A DNA stretch of 63,907 nt, filler included, from Octopus bimaculoides (GCF_001194135.2; 6 parts of 6 records of this genome joined end to end with filler, not necessarily neighbours in it), one strand, 5' to 3'; shown: positions 1 through 12,210, numbered from the whole stretch's first letter. Made by a program: numbers and translations. Notes: generated by a model from the sequence alone, not told the origin.

Positions 1-510
1 GTACGCATCGTTAAAATGGTTCTTCCCACGAACACAAATTAAATTGTTTTCGTGGAGGGTAGTGGCGGACGGAAAACACGACAGGAAAACGAAACGGTGA
101 AATAAACAAACAAAAAGGCTGTACAGCCAGACGTGAAGTGTGTATGTCTTGAACGCTGTGAAGCACGTACAGGAGGGGCAAAGAAGTACGTGCGAGCTTG
201 GTGATTCCAAGAACGAAAAGAAATAGCAGCCGGACACACGTGACCAAGGCTGTGTGAAGAGAAAGAGTAGCAGAGGGAAAAGGAGGGGAGGAAGTAGAAT
301 AAAAGTGAGCAACGAGAGGTAGAGAGAGAGAGAGAGATAGTAAAAACACATATATATATAAAAACAAAACAAAAATGTGTGCACTGACCAACAGTTTGCA
401 TTGAATAGAGCAGTTACCTGGCCATTTGACGTCAGCATGAAAAAACAGAAGTGAACTCATTGAATTCCCTAAAAACATTTGCCAAATACATGGGTACTAA
501 CCAATCAAGG
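1..510. promoter_or_regulatory. CpG-retaining unique region with promoter-like motifs (E-box CACGTGAC 237-244, CRE palindrome TGACGTCA 427-434, CCAAT 501-505)
   Basis: Motifs read directly. The region is non-repetitive and richer in CpG than the rest of the window. There is no transcript evidence, so function is inferred. Confidence 0.3.
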
Positions 511-879
511 TGGTCCAGTTATTACAGGAGACTACGCAAACGTCTCCAGACTAAACAAAGAAACGAAAAGCAACCAAGCGAAACTCAGTCAGTCAGCTTA
601 CTCTGATAGATAGCATCAACAATCAAATATGAAGAACTGCCTCCCGAACAATCTGTGATAAACACCCATTGAAAATTTAATCCAAATACAATACAACTTC
701 CAGAACTCTCTATATTTAGCTAGTTTTGAAAATCATGAAAACTGTGAAAGTAATTGTAAATATTTAAACATAAACCACATCTTCAAGTTTTCTTTTCTGT
801 ATACTTCCATTTGTGTGGGGAAAAACCAATTATCTTGTGTATGTAGGCGTGTATGTATATATGTCATTAATCAGTTTTA

Positions 880-1086
880 TTTTAGTGATGATGATGTCAT
901 ATCTCCTGTTGAATTTTTTGACCAACAGGATAAAAGATTTTTCACCAATGGGATTCAAGTACTGCAATACCGATTGAAGAAGTGTGTGGACCGCAAGGGG
1001 AACTATGTTGAAAAATAAATCCTATTTGGTCACATTCCATGAGAGCATTTTGGTCATCCGATGAACTTTTTCAACCGATCCTCGTA
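880..1086 (+). mobile_element. Mariner transposon 3' end (transposase C-terminus plus right TIR)
   Basis: FFDQQDKRFFTNGIQVLQYRLKKCVDRKGNYVEK* matches the mariner C-terminal pattern. It is followed by GAACTTTTTCAACCGATCCTCG|TA, the reverse complement of a TA|CGAGG-type TIR. Confidence 0.75.
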
Positions 1087-1137
1087 TATAGTCGTAAATC
1101 GACCCGTTTCTTCTACTAAAATTGTGTTTACATAATT

Positions 1138-1168
<31 letters not shown>

Positions 1169-1354
1169 GTCTTTTTGTCTTTATCTATGTACATATGTAA
1201 GTTAAAAAATATAAGTACCATTGTGTAGGCGTATATTGTATTTTTGTTGCTGCTTCTGCCAAGTATGTAGCATTGTAATAGTTTGTGTCTAAAGGTTGTG
1301 TCTGTTTAAGTGTATCATGATGTGCTTGTATGTGAATATGTATGTGTGTATGTA

Positions 1355-1460
1355 TACCATTATTCAGTTGTATTTCAAGATTTCTTACACATAGAGAAAG
1401 AGCCACTATCTAACCTAGATTTAAGGCTCCTTCTTTGGAATTTTAATAACATCAACTGGG
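1355..1460 (-). mobile_element. Isolated 3' UTR terminus of the same LINE family as 1505-2993
   Basis: Diverged direct repeat of 1505-1612 (TTATTCAGTT...TCTAACCTAGAT..AAGG.TCCTTC.TTGGA.TTT.AA.A.CA.CAAC). Confidence 0.65.
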
Positions 1461-1504
1461 TATGTATGTATGTATGTATGTATGTATGTATGTATGTATG
1501 TATG

Positions 1505-2993
1505 TCATTATTCAGTTTATTTCGAAATTTCTTGCCAATAGAAAAAGAACCGGTTTCTAACCTAGATCCAAGGTTCCTTCATTGGATTTTCAACATCAAC
1601 AACAGGGTATTTTTGTTTGTTTGTATGTATGTATGTACGTATGTATGTATGTATGTATGTATGTATGTGTGCAGATTTGTATGTTTTGTTTTATGTATAT
1701 ATTCTCATGCATATAGCTACATATCTAGACATGCTCATATATTTTTAAATGATAAACTTCTGGAAAGTTTTACAGATTTTTACAGTTCCAGTGATGCATT
1801 GGATCTGTAGTTTTCGAATTAGCTTTCTCCTTTCTGGTTTTGAGAAGCCTAATTTCCCGAGATTGGTATTTAGACAGTGTGTTACATATCCTAGGGCCCC
1901 AATAATTACAGGTATAAACCTGAACTTGTAATCTGGATAGAGTAACTGCAGATTTTTCATTAGTTCAGCGTAGATGTTTTCTTTTTCGCTGATCTTCAGC
2001 TTTATGTTAACATCCACTGGGCAGCTAATTTCCACAACCGTGCACAGTTTCTCTTCTCTATCCCAAATCGTTATATCAGGTCTGTTCTACTTACATTTTG
2101 TTGAGGTTTTCACTGGGACATTCCACCAGTACTCCTTTTTATTATGAGTGGCTATGGCTTCTACCACACTGTGGGTTCTTATTCCTTTGTCTTCGGAGTT
2201 AGCCTTCCGACGGATTTCATTATATGGAATCCTAGCTATAACGCCATGTCTCATCGGTAGATAATACGTGATGACATTTTCGGACAACTGCTTATGACGT
2301 GAGTGATATCTTCAGAGTGAACTTCACGAAGTCTGAATCGGTTGTCACATTTTACGGCTTTACCTGTATGTGTATCTCTTTTATGTATCAGGTACTTGGT
2401 TGATATTTCCTGTTCCTGGATTGCAAACGCATACCCTTCAAAGTGGGAGGTAGTAATCCGGCTATTGGTCCATAATAAACTGCTTTGATGATCGATGTTA
2501 CTATCTTCACGGAGCTTTCTTGCAACATAACCTTGCGTAGTCTTCTGCTCATATAGGCTCGTCTTTTCATCTGATACGTCGTGCGACTTCTTTGGGCATA
2601 TATTCAAGGTTATCAGACAAAGAGTGTTGCTCAAGGAGCTGCCTTCCAAGTCTTATGATGTTATCAGCTTCATGTGTCCAAACTTGGTCAAGGGATGCAC
2701 TTCGACACTTGGTAGTTAAAAGATGTTGCCGAAGGGATATGATGCGACATTCAAAGGTATTTTGGATCGATGTTAAGCCTCTGTCGCCTTGTTTACGTTT
2801 TAGGTAGAGGCTGTCTACGTCATTGTTTATGTGGAAATTATGTGTGCTTATTAGCATTTTTCTGGTTTTCACATCAATGGTTCGGATCTCATCAAGCGTC
2901 CAATCCAGTAGCCCAAATGTTGGTATAAATACTGGCACTGCAAATACATTGCGGGTCACTGTTTTATTGAATGCAGAGAGTTCTGAGGTTCAT
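1505..2993 (-). mobile_element. 5'-truncated, frameshifted R4/Dong-clade non-LTR retrotransposon with (CATA)n tail
   Basis: RT-thumb region FAVPVFIPTFGLLDWTLDEIRTIDVKTRKML...LYLKRKQGDRGL, degenerate CCHC knuckle (..EDITHVISSCP..RH) and RLE C-terminus EISCPVDVNIKLKISEKENIY..IPVIIGALG. Confidence 0.85.
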
Positions 2994-3017
2994 GTATGTA
3001 TGTACGTATGTATGTAC

Positions 3018-3236
3018 AACTTTCGCCATGACAACTTTCTCTATCATGGTCAATGGGACGATCACACACCATCCTTCCAAGCAATGCTGTAAACAACGGA
3101 AGTGAGTTAGAACATTAAAACTGAGTGCGCATGCACAACAGAGTTCAAGGTCAATCTTTGCCAAACGACTTCACTCTGTGTGCATTAGCTTCGTAACTGT
3201 AACAATAGTCCGGATACTTATTGATCAGACCTCGTA
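3018..3236 (-). mobile_element. Mariner 5' end fragment (left TIR plus leader)
   Basis: The minus strand reads TA|CGAGGTCTGATCAATAAGTATCCGGACT (3207-3236), a typical mariner TIR. It is truncated at the (TATG)n tract next to the Dong element. Confidence 0.6.
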
Positions 3237-3267
3237 TTTATGTATGTATGTATGTATGTATGTATGT

Positions 3268-3663
3268 TTTTTATCTTTTACTTGTTTCACACCTAAGACT
3301 GCGGTCGTGTTGGGGCAAGCCTTGAAAAATTTATAGTCGAATGTATCGACCTCAGTCCTTTTTTTCACTATTTTAAGCCTGGTACTTATTCTATTGGTTT
3401 CTTTTGCCGAACTGCTAGGTGACGAGGATATAAACACACCAACACCGGTTGTGAAGTGGTGGAGGTGGGGACAAGCACATACACATATACATAGATATAT
3501 ACATATATATATAGATGACAGGCTTCTTTCAGCTTCTGTCTACTAAAGGCTTTGGTCGGCCCGGGGATATAGCAGAAAACACTTTCCTAAGGTGCCACGC
3601 AGTGGGACTGAAACCAGAACGATATGATTGGGAAGCAAGCTTCTTACCACACAGCTACGCCTG
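3268..3663 (-). mobile_element. tRNA-head SINE, family A (near full length)
   Basis: Head GGCGTAGCTGTGTGGTAAGAAGCTTGCTTCCCAA..GTTTCAGTCCCACTGCGTGGCACCTT and tail GAAACAAGTAAAAG, shared with more than 10 copies in the window. Confidence 0.8.
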
Positions 3664-4206
3664 CAGCTTATTTACTTTTTTTTTGGATTTGGTTTATGAG
3701 ATTGTTGATGTAAATTTCTGTGTTAAAACATGTTGTCGTGCCTTGGGATTCTCATTACATCAATAATTATAAACATAGGTGTTTGCTCATTTTAATTGGC
3801 GTAATGACACCCCCTAGACACTACAGTATAAGCAATATATATGTATATATNNNNNNNNNNNNNNNNNNNNNNNNNNNNNNNNNNNNNNNNNNNNNNNNNN
3901 NNNNNNNNNNNNNNNNNNNNNNNNNNNNNNNNNNNNNNNNNNNNNNNNATATATATATAATATATAATTATATGCATATATCCATACATAAATGTACATA
4001 CCGACATCTATATATCTATATGTATACATACAAGCATATATATGTACAGGACATCACAAAAAACGTTAAACACAATGAGAAACGAAAACATGAAGACGAA
4101 GACAGAAGACGAACTTTTTTTTCGAACAATGAAAAAAACAGAGAAAAGAGACATGCAACATAAAGAATATTACCCTTCTTCAGTTGTCCCTGCTCCATCT
4201 ACTCCG

Positions 4207-4240
<34 letters not shown>

Positions 4241-4247
4241 AGACACA

Positions 4248-4296
<49 letters not shown>

Positions 4297-4799
4297 GAAG
4301 AGTAAGTTAATCGCAAAAATTAAGAATTTTTCCAAAATTAACATACCATTAAGAAAAAAAAAAAGACAAACAAGAAAAAAAAAAAAACAGTTTGATTGCC
4401 ACCAGGCAATTGTCTTACTTTCACTAGAAGTGGAGGCAATTTAGACTTTATCTTGTATTATTACTAATATACCATTTGACGTCTTTGTTCTCCAACTATA
4501 TACCACAGCGCACTCGGGGTTATGTCCCTTAGCTTAATTTTGTTTTAATTGCGCAAACACACACACACACACATGTATATATATACACGTGCATATTTTT
4601 ATAAACATATTCATGGAATCTCCTGACGTGGACGACAGATGTGGGTTTTGGAATTTCCTGTTGAAAGACCTGCACAGATTATTGTTTCTAGTGACCAAGT
4701 GCTACACAATAGTTCACTCCGCCCACCAAATCAACATTACCTGTTCAGGTGCCTAGTATGTCACACATCAAATGTCGAAGTGATAGCAGAGGGACGTCA

Positions 4800-5165
4800 G
4801 TTGAAATATTTTGTTAAAGGATACAATGCACCGCCCAGTACGGTAATCGAACCCACGATGGCGCGATCATGGATGAAACATTCTAACCACTAGGCTACAG
4901 GCCATCAAATATATATATATATACAGGAGTGGCTGTATGGTAAGTAGCTTGCTTAGCAACCACATGGTTCCCGGTTCAGTCCTACTGCGTGACACCTTAG
5001 GCAAGTGTCTTCTACTATAGCCTCGGGCCGACCAAAGCCTTGTGAGTGGATTTGGTAGACGGAAACTGAAAAGAAGCTTGTCGTATATATGTATATATAA
5101 GTATGTGTTTGTGTATCTGTGTTTGTCCCCACAACATCGCTTGACAACCGATGCTGGTGTGTTTA
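4800..5165. mobile_element. Decayed tRNA-head SINE (4800-4900, minus) and family A SINE 5' half (4925-5165, plus, cut by gap)
   Basis: Similarity to other in-window SINE copies. A/B-box-like head GTGGCTGTATGGTAAG...GGTTCAGTCC. Confidence 0.7.
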
Positions 5166-5627
5166 NNNNNNNNNNNNNNNNNNNNNNNNNNNNNNNNNNN
5201 NNNNNNNNNNNNNNNNNNNNNNNNNNNNNNNNNNNNNNNNNNNNNNNNNNNNNNNNNNNNNNNNNNNNNNNNNNNNNNNNNNNNNNNNNNNNNNNNNNNN
5301 NNNNNNNNNNNNNNNNNNNNNNNNNNNNNNNNNNNNNNNNNNNNNNNNNNNNNNNNNNNNNNNNNNNNNNNNNNNNNNNNNNNNNNNNNNNNNNNNNNNN
5401 NNNNNNNNNNNNNNNNNNNNNNNNNNNNNNNNNNNNNNNNNNNNNNNNNNNNNNNNNNNNNNNNNNNNNNNNNNNNNNNNNNNNNNNNNNNNNNNNNNNN
5501 NNNNNNNNNNNNNNNNNNNNNNNNNNNNNNNNNNNNNNNNNNNNNNNNNNNNNNNNNNNNNNNNNNNNNNNNNNNNNNNNNNNNNNNNNNNNNNNNNNTA
5601 TATATATATATATAATTATTATTATTA

Positions 5628-5659
<32 letters not shown>

Positions 5660-5842
5660 TTATTAAGGTAGTTAATCGTAATTTAAAAACCAAAAGGCAT
5701 AGGTATAATCGTCATTAAAGTGATTAAGGGACCAAGTCAGCACCACCAGATCTAGAAATAAGAGTCAAAACGGGCAAAGCTCTTGTCTGTTGACTGACAA
5801 GGGAGACAACCTTCCTACAGCAAGCGAGAACGTCATATCATC

Positions 5843-5876
5843 GACGATTTCGGATTGAATTAATCCTCATCAGTGG
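5843..5876 (-). ncRNA. Minimal type I hammerhead motif (core and stem II intact, stem I broken)
   Basis: The minus strand reads CCA-CTGATGA-GGATT-aattc-AATCC-GAAA-TC-GTC. Confidence 0.55.
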
Positions 5877-6487
5877 CACTCCGTTGACCAGGGTTAAGCT
5901 GCCAGGGTACACTTTTTTGCTGGTCGCATTGCATAATGGTTTAGTAACAACATTATGCCGCAATGTAAAGCATACCTCGATGACATTTTGGGGCAACATA
6001 TGTTTAAATGTGTTATCCATTCAAGAATGACATAATCGGGATATGTGATTGTAACTTGGGAGTTTCACTGTTTGTTCTGTAGATATTTTTTAGATACCTT
6101 CTGCATATGAAATGCAGAAGAGGAGCTTTGAGATTTGACGTGATGCAACCTTCTGAGTAGGACAAGAGAGGATACATCTTATATATGCATGTTATATCAT
6201 GTATGTATGTTTGTGTGCATACACGGGTGTATGTGTATTATGCATGTATGTATATATGTATGTCTGTATGTTTGTATCTATGTCTGAATGTATGTAGGTA
6301 AATATATATATACGTATATATATATATATATATATATGCATGCACGTATGTATGCATATAGATGCATGTGTGTGTATATATATACATATGTGTGTGTGTG
6401 TAAGCATTCATTGTATGCATTTATATAGGTACGTATGTATCTATGATTATATGCATATATGTATGAATATGTGTATGTATGTATGTA

Positions 6488-6527
<40 letters not shown>

Positions 6528-7730
6528 AGTGAGTGTGTGTGTGCACGTGCAAGAGATCAAATGCGCAAAGTAGCATTTAAGCATACTCTATTTTAAAATT
6601 CCTCACAAAATCACGAGACACGTACATACACAGAATCTCACACAAACACAATTGCGCACATGCACGAATATGAATATATATATATACGCATACACAAACA
6701 TAGAGGTTTATACAGACACGGGCGCGCGCACACACACACATACTCTCTCTCTCTCTCTCACACACACACATGCCCATTTGTCTGTGTATATGCATATGTG
6801 TGTGTGTGTGCCTAAATTTTACTCTATCTGTACATCTATGTCCCTCTTTTGTTTTCTGGGAAGTAGTGGGGTGACACCGTTGCTCCACTGTTGTAGAATG
6901 TATGCAAAATCGAGATAAAATGACTACCAGAGCAACTGGTGTGAGATGGAGGGAAGGTAGGAGTGGTGGGGGTCGGGATAGTGGGGACGGTTAGTGTTAG
7001 TGGTGGTAGTAGTGGCAGTAGTGGTCGTAACAGCAACAATGGTGGAGGCAGTGACGGTAGATGCGGTTGTGGCTGCAGGGCTTGTGATGAAGGGCTACAC
7101 TTTGCCGGTGTGTGGAAAATGATATAGTAGCGGTGGTGACGATGTAAGACGGTGGTTTGTGGCGGTAATGGTTGCAGTGAAGTGAGGTATATGAGGGTGT
7201 GGGTGTTGGGTGTGAAGCCAATTAAGCCAGATACAATCTCAAGTGACATTCGCCACTTAGCAACGTGTTTCCTCGTTCTAATGGCCAGCAGCCATATTGT
7301 GGTGGGAGACAAGACAGTGAAAGAGGAGGTAGATAGATAGATTGGGAGTGAGAGAGAGAAGAGAGAGAGGGTAGGAAGATGAGAGACATAGTGGGAGAGA
7401 TAAAAAGAGAGAAGATGAAGGAGAGGTGAAGTTATAATGAAAGAGAAAGAAGTAGAATAATGTAAGAGAGGGGAAAGGGAAGAGTTAGAAGAAAGAAGTG
7501 GAGGTCCAACTAGATAAATTTGCTAAACTTTCCGGGAGTGGAGGTGCGGTGAAGAGAGGTGTAGAGAGGTGTGGTGTAGTGGTTTCGGGTAAGACTCTTT
7601 GAAATTGGCGGCAATGTAGGGTACGAGTGGCTTCCAGGTTGGATGTAGAGCCCTTATAAAATAAAAAGGGAAGAAAGCAAAGGGCTACATGAGAGATTAA
7701 GAGACAAATGTACATACACGCGTGCGTTCA

Positions 7731-7777
<47 letters not shown>

Positions 7778-7939
7778 ATGCACACACAAACACGCCCAAA
7801 CACACACTCATGCACGCACGCACGCACATGCGTGTGTCTGTAGGTATTCCTGTGTGTACGTGTGTTTTTTGTGTGTATATATATATTGTATTCTCTTTCT
7901 ATGCATGTGTGCATTTGTTGCTATGCGCAGACACACTCA

Positions 7940-7973
<34 letters not shown>

Positions 7974-8469
7974 CGTACGCACATCCATCCATACATACAT
8001 ATATCTATCCATCCATCCATACATACATACATGCATACTTATACACATACATACACACACATACATGTATATGAATATACACATAATCCACCGAGCATAC
8101 ATGTGTGTGAGTGAAAGAGGAAAGGAGGGAAAAAGAGAGAGAGAGAGAGGGAGAGGGAGAGAAAGAGAAAGGGGGTGGGGAGAGAGGCGGGAGGTTAATT
8201 GTGCAAAATCTAGCTGTTATTGACGCGTTTCGTCAATAATTGCTGGAGTGAATCGGTGCAAAGGCATAAATAAAACAAGCTATATTTAGAATTATTTTTA
8301 AAGAATGAGAACAGCAAGCGTGTGTTAAAGAAGGGTTAACGATGCTAGATGTCTGCTGTGAAGCTATTTATGACACAAGGTCACGGGTAAAAGCAAATTT
8401 TTCCAGGGTGAACTGGAACGAAATTTGAAACTGTCATCTTTTCAAGATTAAATAATGAGCAGCTCTTCT

Positions 8470-8625
<156 letters not shown>

Positions 8626-8758
8626 TGGTACTTATTCTGTCGGTCTTTTTTGCCGAACTGCTAAATTACGAGAACGTAAACGCACTAACACTGGTTGTCA
8701 AACGTTGGACAGGGACAAACACATACACAAAGACACACACAAATATGGATATACGAGA

Positions 8759-9420
8759 TATCAGGTTGAGTAAAAAGTAAGCAATGTTTTGAACCATGAA
8801 GAATTTGTACCGGATTTTTGCAGAGTTTTTAATCTTTTTAAACCTTTTTTTTTTTTTGCAATTGTCTGATGATACAGATAAGGACTTGTTCAAATGCATC
8901 AATAAATTAAGATTGATATTTTTTTCACCGTTGTTACAATCATCTGAAATGGAGCTGTCAAAGCGCAATATTCGAGCAGTTTTGCGATTCAACTTCAAAA
9001 AAGGACGTAAATCAGCTAAAACTGCTCGCAATATCAATGAAACGTTTGGGGAGGAAATGACCAGTGAGTAACATGGTTTAAACGATTTTGCAGTGGAAAC
9101 CTGAGCTTTGAAGATCGTGAGCCTAGTGGATGCCCATCTGCCATCGATGACGGTCAATTAAAGACGGTCGTTGAGAAAGAACCACGTAAAAACACTCGAG
9201 AACAGGCAAAAGAACTTCAAGTTAGCCAGAAAACTGCCTGCAACCATTTGTATGCGATCGGAAAATAAAAAAAGTTCGACAAATGGGTACCACACGATTT
9301 GAATGAAAATCAGAAAATGCAAGATATGAAATTTGCTCGTCGCTTCTCCGTAACCAAACCATTTCTCGACCGTATTGTAACTTGTGTTGAAAAGTGGATT
9401 CTGTACAATAATAAAAAAAG
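8759..9420 (+). mobile_element. Mariner transposase remnant (left TIR, HTH domains, WVPHEL-like motif, first D region)
   Basis: TA|TCAGGTTGAGTAAAAAGTAAGCAATGTTTT TIR; MELSKRNIRAVLRFNFKKGRKSAKTARNINETFG; KWVPHDLNENQK; PFLDRIVTCVEKWILYNN. It carries stops and frameshifts. Confidence 0.85.
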
Positions 9421-9589
9421 TGACTATAGTTTGGCCGTAGAATGGCCAAACTATAGTCGCTTTGTTCGTTATGTGCTGCAATCTCATTGTGGGCAGCAGC
9501 TATGTTCCTCACCATTATTTTACTCTTACCGCGAAGCACTCTTTGAACTGGGCTTATGAAAAGTTACTGGTTACAATCAGATATGCTGT

Positions 9590-10010
9590 TAATATTCGTT
9601 TCAAATTTTGACCCAAGGCCAGCAATTACGGTGGAGGGGGTAAGTCGATTACATCGATCCCAATGCTCAACTGATAGTTATTTTATCGATCCCGAAAGGG
9701 ACGAGAAGCAAAGTTGACCTCGGCGGAATATGAACTCAGAACGTAAAGAGCAGAAAGATATACCGCAAAACATTTTATCCGGCGTACTGCCCATTCTGAC
9801 AACTCGCCGTCCTATATGCTGCTAATATTAACTAATTGTAAGACGGTGAGTTGGTGGAAATGTTAGCACGCCGAGCAAATTTCTTAGCGGTATTTCGTCT
9901 GTCTTTACGTTCTGAGTTGAAATTCCGCCGACGTCGACTTTGCCTTTCATCCTTTCGGGGTTGATAAATTAAGTACCAGTTGTGTACTGGGATCGTTCTA
10001 ATCGACTGCC
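9590..10010. mobile_element. Two head-to-head family B SINEs (9590-9830 minus, 9836-10010 plus)
   Basis: Shared core GTCGACTTTGCCTTTCATCCTTTCGGGGT.GATAAATTAAGTACCAG and head GGCG.TGAG.TGG..GAAA.GTTAGCACGCCG. Confidence 0.8.
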
Positions 10011-10542
10011 CCCCCCCCCAAATTATAAAAATACAGTTGGATGCCTTTTTTTATAAAATGGCTATTGCAGTTCGGTTGAGTACAATAGGAATTAAAGGAG
10101 TCCATAGGCCAAAAAATGGTTCTGAACCACTGAGGCAAATCAATGGCAACCGTGAAATGTTATATGAGACAAAAGATTATAAAAGGTTATTTAAAGTAAA
10201 AGAACCGAGATCCTGTCGAAATGCCGCCACAAAAAGATTTTACCTAGCTAATTACAACAATGAAATACAACTGATAGAGGTAAAAAAAACTATAGGACTT
10301 ATGAGAAATCTACAACACATCGTCTCGCGCCACAGAAGTTCAATGATAAATCCGTCTGCGTTTTAGGCACTTGATGAATACCTCTTCGGCAGGTAAATTC
10401 AAGTAATGAAAAAATAATAGTATACTAACTCAACCGCTATTACATAGACTGCGGTTATTTTGTATGTACTATTTTTATGCATGTATTTGTTTATTCACCA
10501 GCATCATCAACCATCATCATATGTATATATATATACATATAC

Positions 10543-10584
<42 letters not shown>

Positions 10585-10600
10585 ATATATGTGTGTATAT

Positions 10601-10635
<35 letters not shown>

Positions 10636-10793
10636 CACATGTGTATATACATGTGTGTATATACACATGTATATATATATATATATATATATATATGCGT
10701 ATATATACATACATACGTATGTGCGTATATGTATGATTGCATCTATGTATGTAGCTTTAAATATATGTGCGTATACGTGTGTATTATGTATTA

Positions 10794-10836
<43 letters not shown>

Positions 10837-11011
10837 ACACACACTCGCAGACTTTCGCACGCGCACCGATATTCATCTCCCTTTTTCACTCTCCTATCTT
10901 AGAAAGAACTTTTCCCCCACCACCTCCTCTTCCGGTCTTTTCATCATGTAACCTCGTGGGCATCGGTACCATTTTCCTCTTTCTCCGTTCTTCCATTCTC
11001 CGAACTTTCCA

Positions 11012-11048
11012 TCTTTCCGACGAAGGGCTACGCCCGAAACGTCATACA
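11012..11048 (+). ncRNA. Minimal type I hammerhead motif (U4C core change) in a pyrimidine-rich repeat
   Basis: TCTTT-CCGACGA-A-GGGC-tac-GCCC-GAAA-C-GTC-ATACA. The downstream GAGCGTC.A motif is shared with the 62533 copy. Confidence 0.6.
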
Positions 11049-11841
11049 CTCTCTCTTTCCTTTCCTGAGCGTCCAATAATACTATCCATATCACGTCCTC
11101 ACTTTGTTGTTTTTTGTTTTTTTGTTATTGTGTTTTTGAACTATATATATATATATATATATACACACGTATATATACATATATTATATGTGCGTGTGTG
11201 TGTATATACGTCATTATGTATAAGTGTATATAAATATATAGGCATGTTTGTACTTATGTATATGCATGTATTCGTGTATGCTTCTCTCTGTGCGTGTGTA
11301 AGTGTCCGTGCAAATCAGGATCTCAAAGCTGGTCACGACTAAAAATAGAATTAACTCACGTTGAAAAGAGATGAGACGTATATAAAGGCATTCTGAGCTT
11401 AATATAAACATAGAAGTTATGTAAACATAATGTTTTTAACGGGTTTCATTCCGTAGGTTTTATTTATTATAAAAGAGCAGGCTGTGACTAATATTGCTTC
11501 TATTATGTTTCAGAGGAGAATGAACTTGCTGTTCTCTTGTACAGAGTCTTTTAATTCAATTAGATTTTTTTTTCTTCTAGATATTGAACAGTTTGAGAAA
11601 TGTGCGTATGTATGTGCTTGTATCTATGTACGTATGTATGCATGTACATATGTGTGCATGTGTATGTGGTTTGTGTGTGTGTGTGTGTGTGTGTCAGTGG
11701 TATTAAAAAACATGACAGTAATGTCAAATTCTTTTCTTATTTACAAAGTCCACAAAATATACAATATTATTCCCGTGGGCTTCGCTCACTTTCAAGAGAC
11801 TCTTGTTTATCATCATCATCATCATCATCATCATCACTACC

Positions 11842-12210
11842 ACTAGCTGAATTACCCGGCGTTGCCCAGGTTACTGCTGTTCTTATTCAGATTAGTAAAC
11901 AAAATATATGAAGATATATTTTTTTCTCATAATTATTTCAAAATATCTATATTTTATTTTAAAATATCCAAATTGTAAACAATATTCATTGTGCAATCTT
12001 TTGTTGGTGTCCAAATGAATAAATTATTGCTGCTTCCAACTCGTGAGCGACCAACATAGAGCTGGCCGTAGGAGAAGCATGTAATAGAGAAATCAAGTCC
12101 AGCTACCTTGAGGGATTGACCCTGAGATTTGTTAATTGAAAGACCAAAACTTAGTTTGACTGGAAACTGAAGCCTCTTAAATTCAAATGCACACACATAC
12201 GCACGCACAT
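11842..12210 (-). mobile_element. Helitron 3' remnant: PIF1 helicase C-terminus plus terminal hairpin and CTAG
   Basis: FKRLQFPVKLSFGLSINKSQGQSLKVAGLD..CFSYGQLYVGRSRVG (PIF1 motifs V/VI). The minus strand ends ACCTGGGCAACGCCGGGT-aattcag-CTAG|T. Confidence 0.85.

Noticed and set aside
880-3236. Idea that the mariner ends at 1086 and 3236 bound one element
   Set aside because: The TIR sequences differ, and the orientations (3' end on plus, 5' end on minus) are incompatible with a single element.
4925-4990. tRNA-like A/B boxes here and in other SINE heads
   Set aside because: No complete cloverleaf or acceptor stem. They continue into SINE bodies, so they are not tRNA genes.
7708-8223. Long HT/YI/CV-rich ORFs here and at 10460-10951, 26425-26788, 30021-30653, 49980-50630
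   Set aside because: Translations of (CA)n, (TA)n and (TACA)n microsatellites, which lack stop codons.
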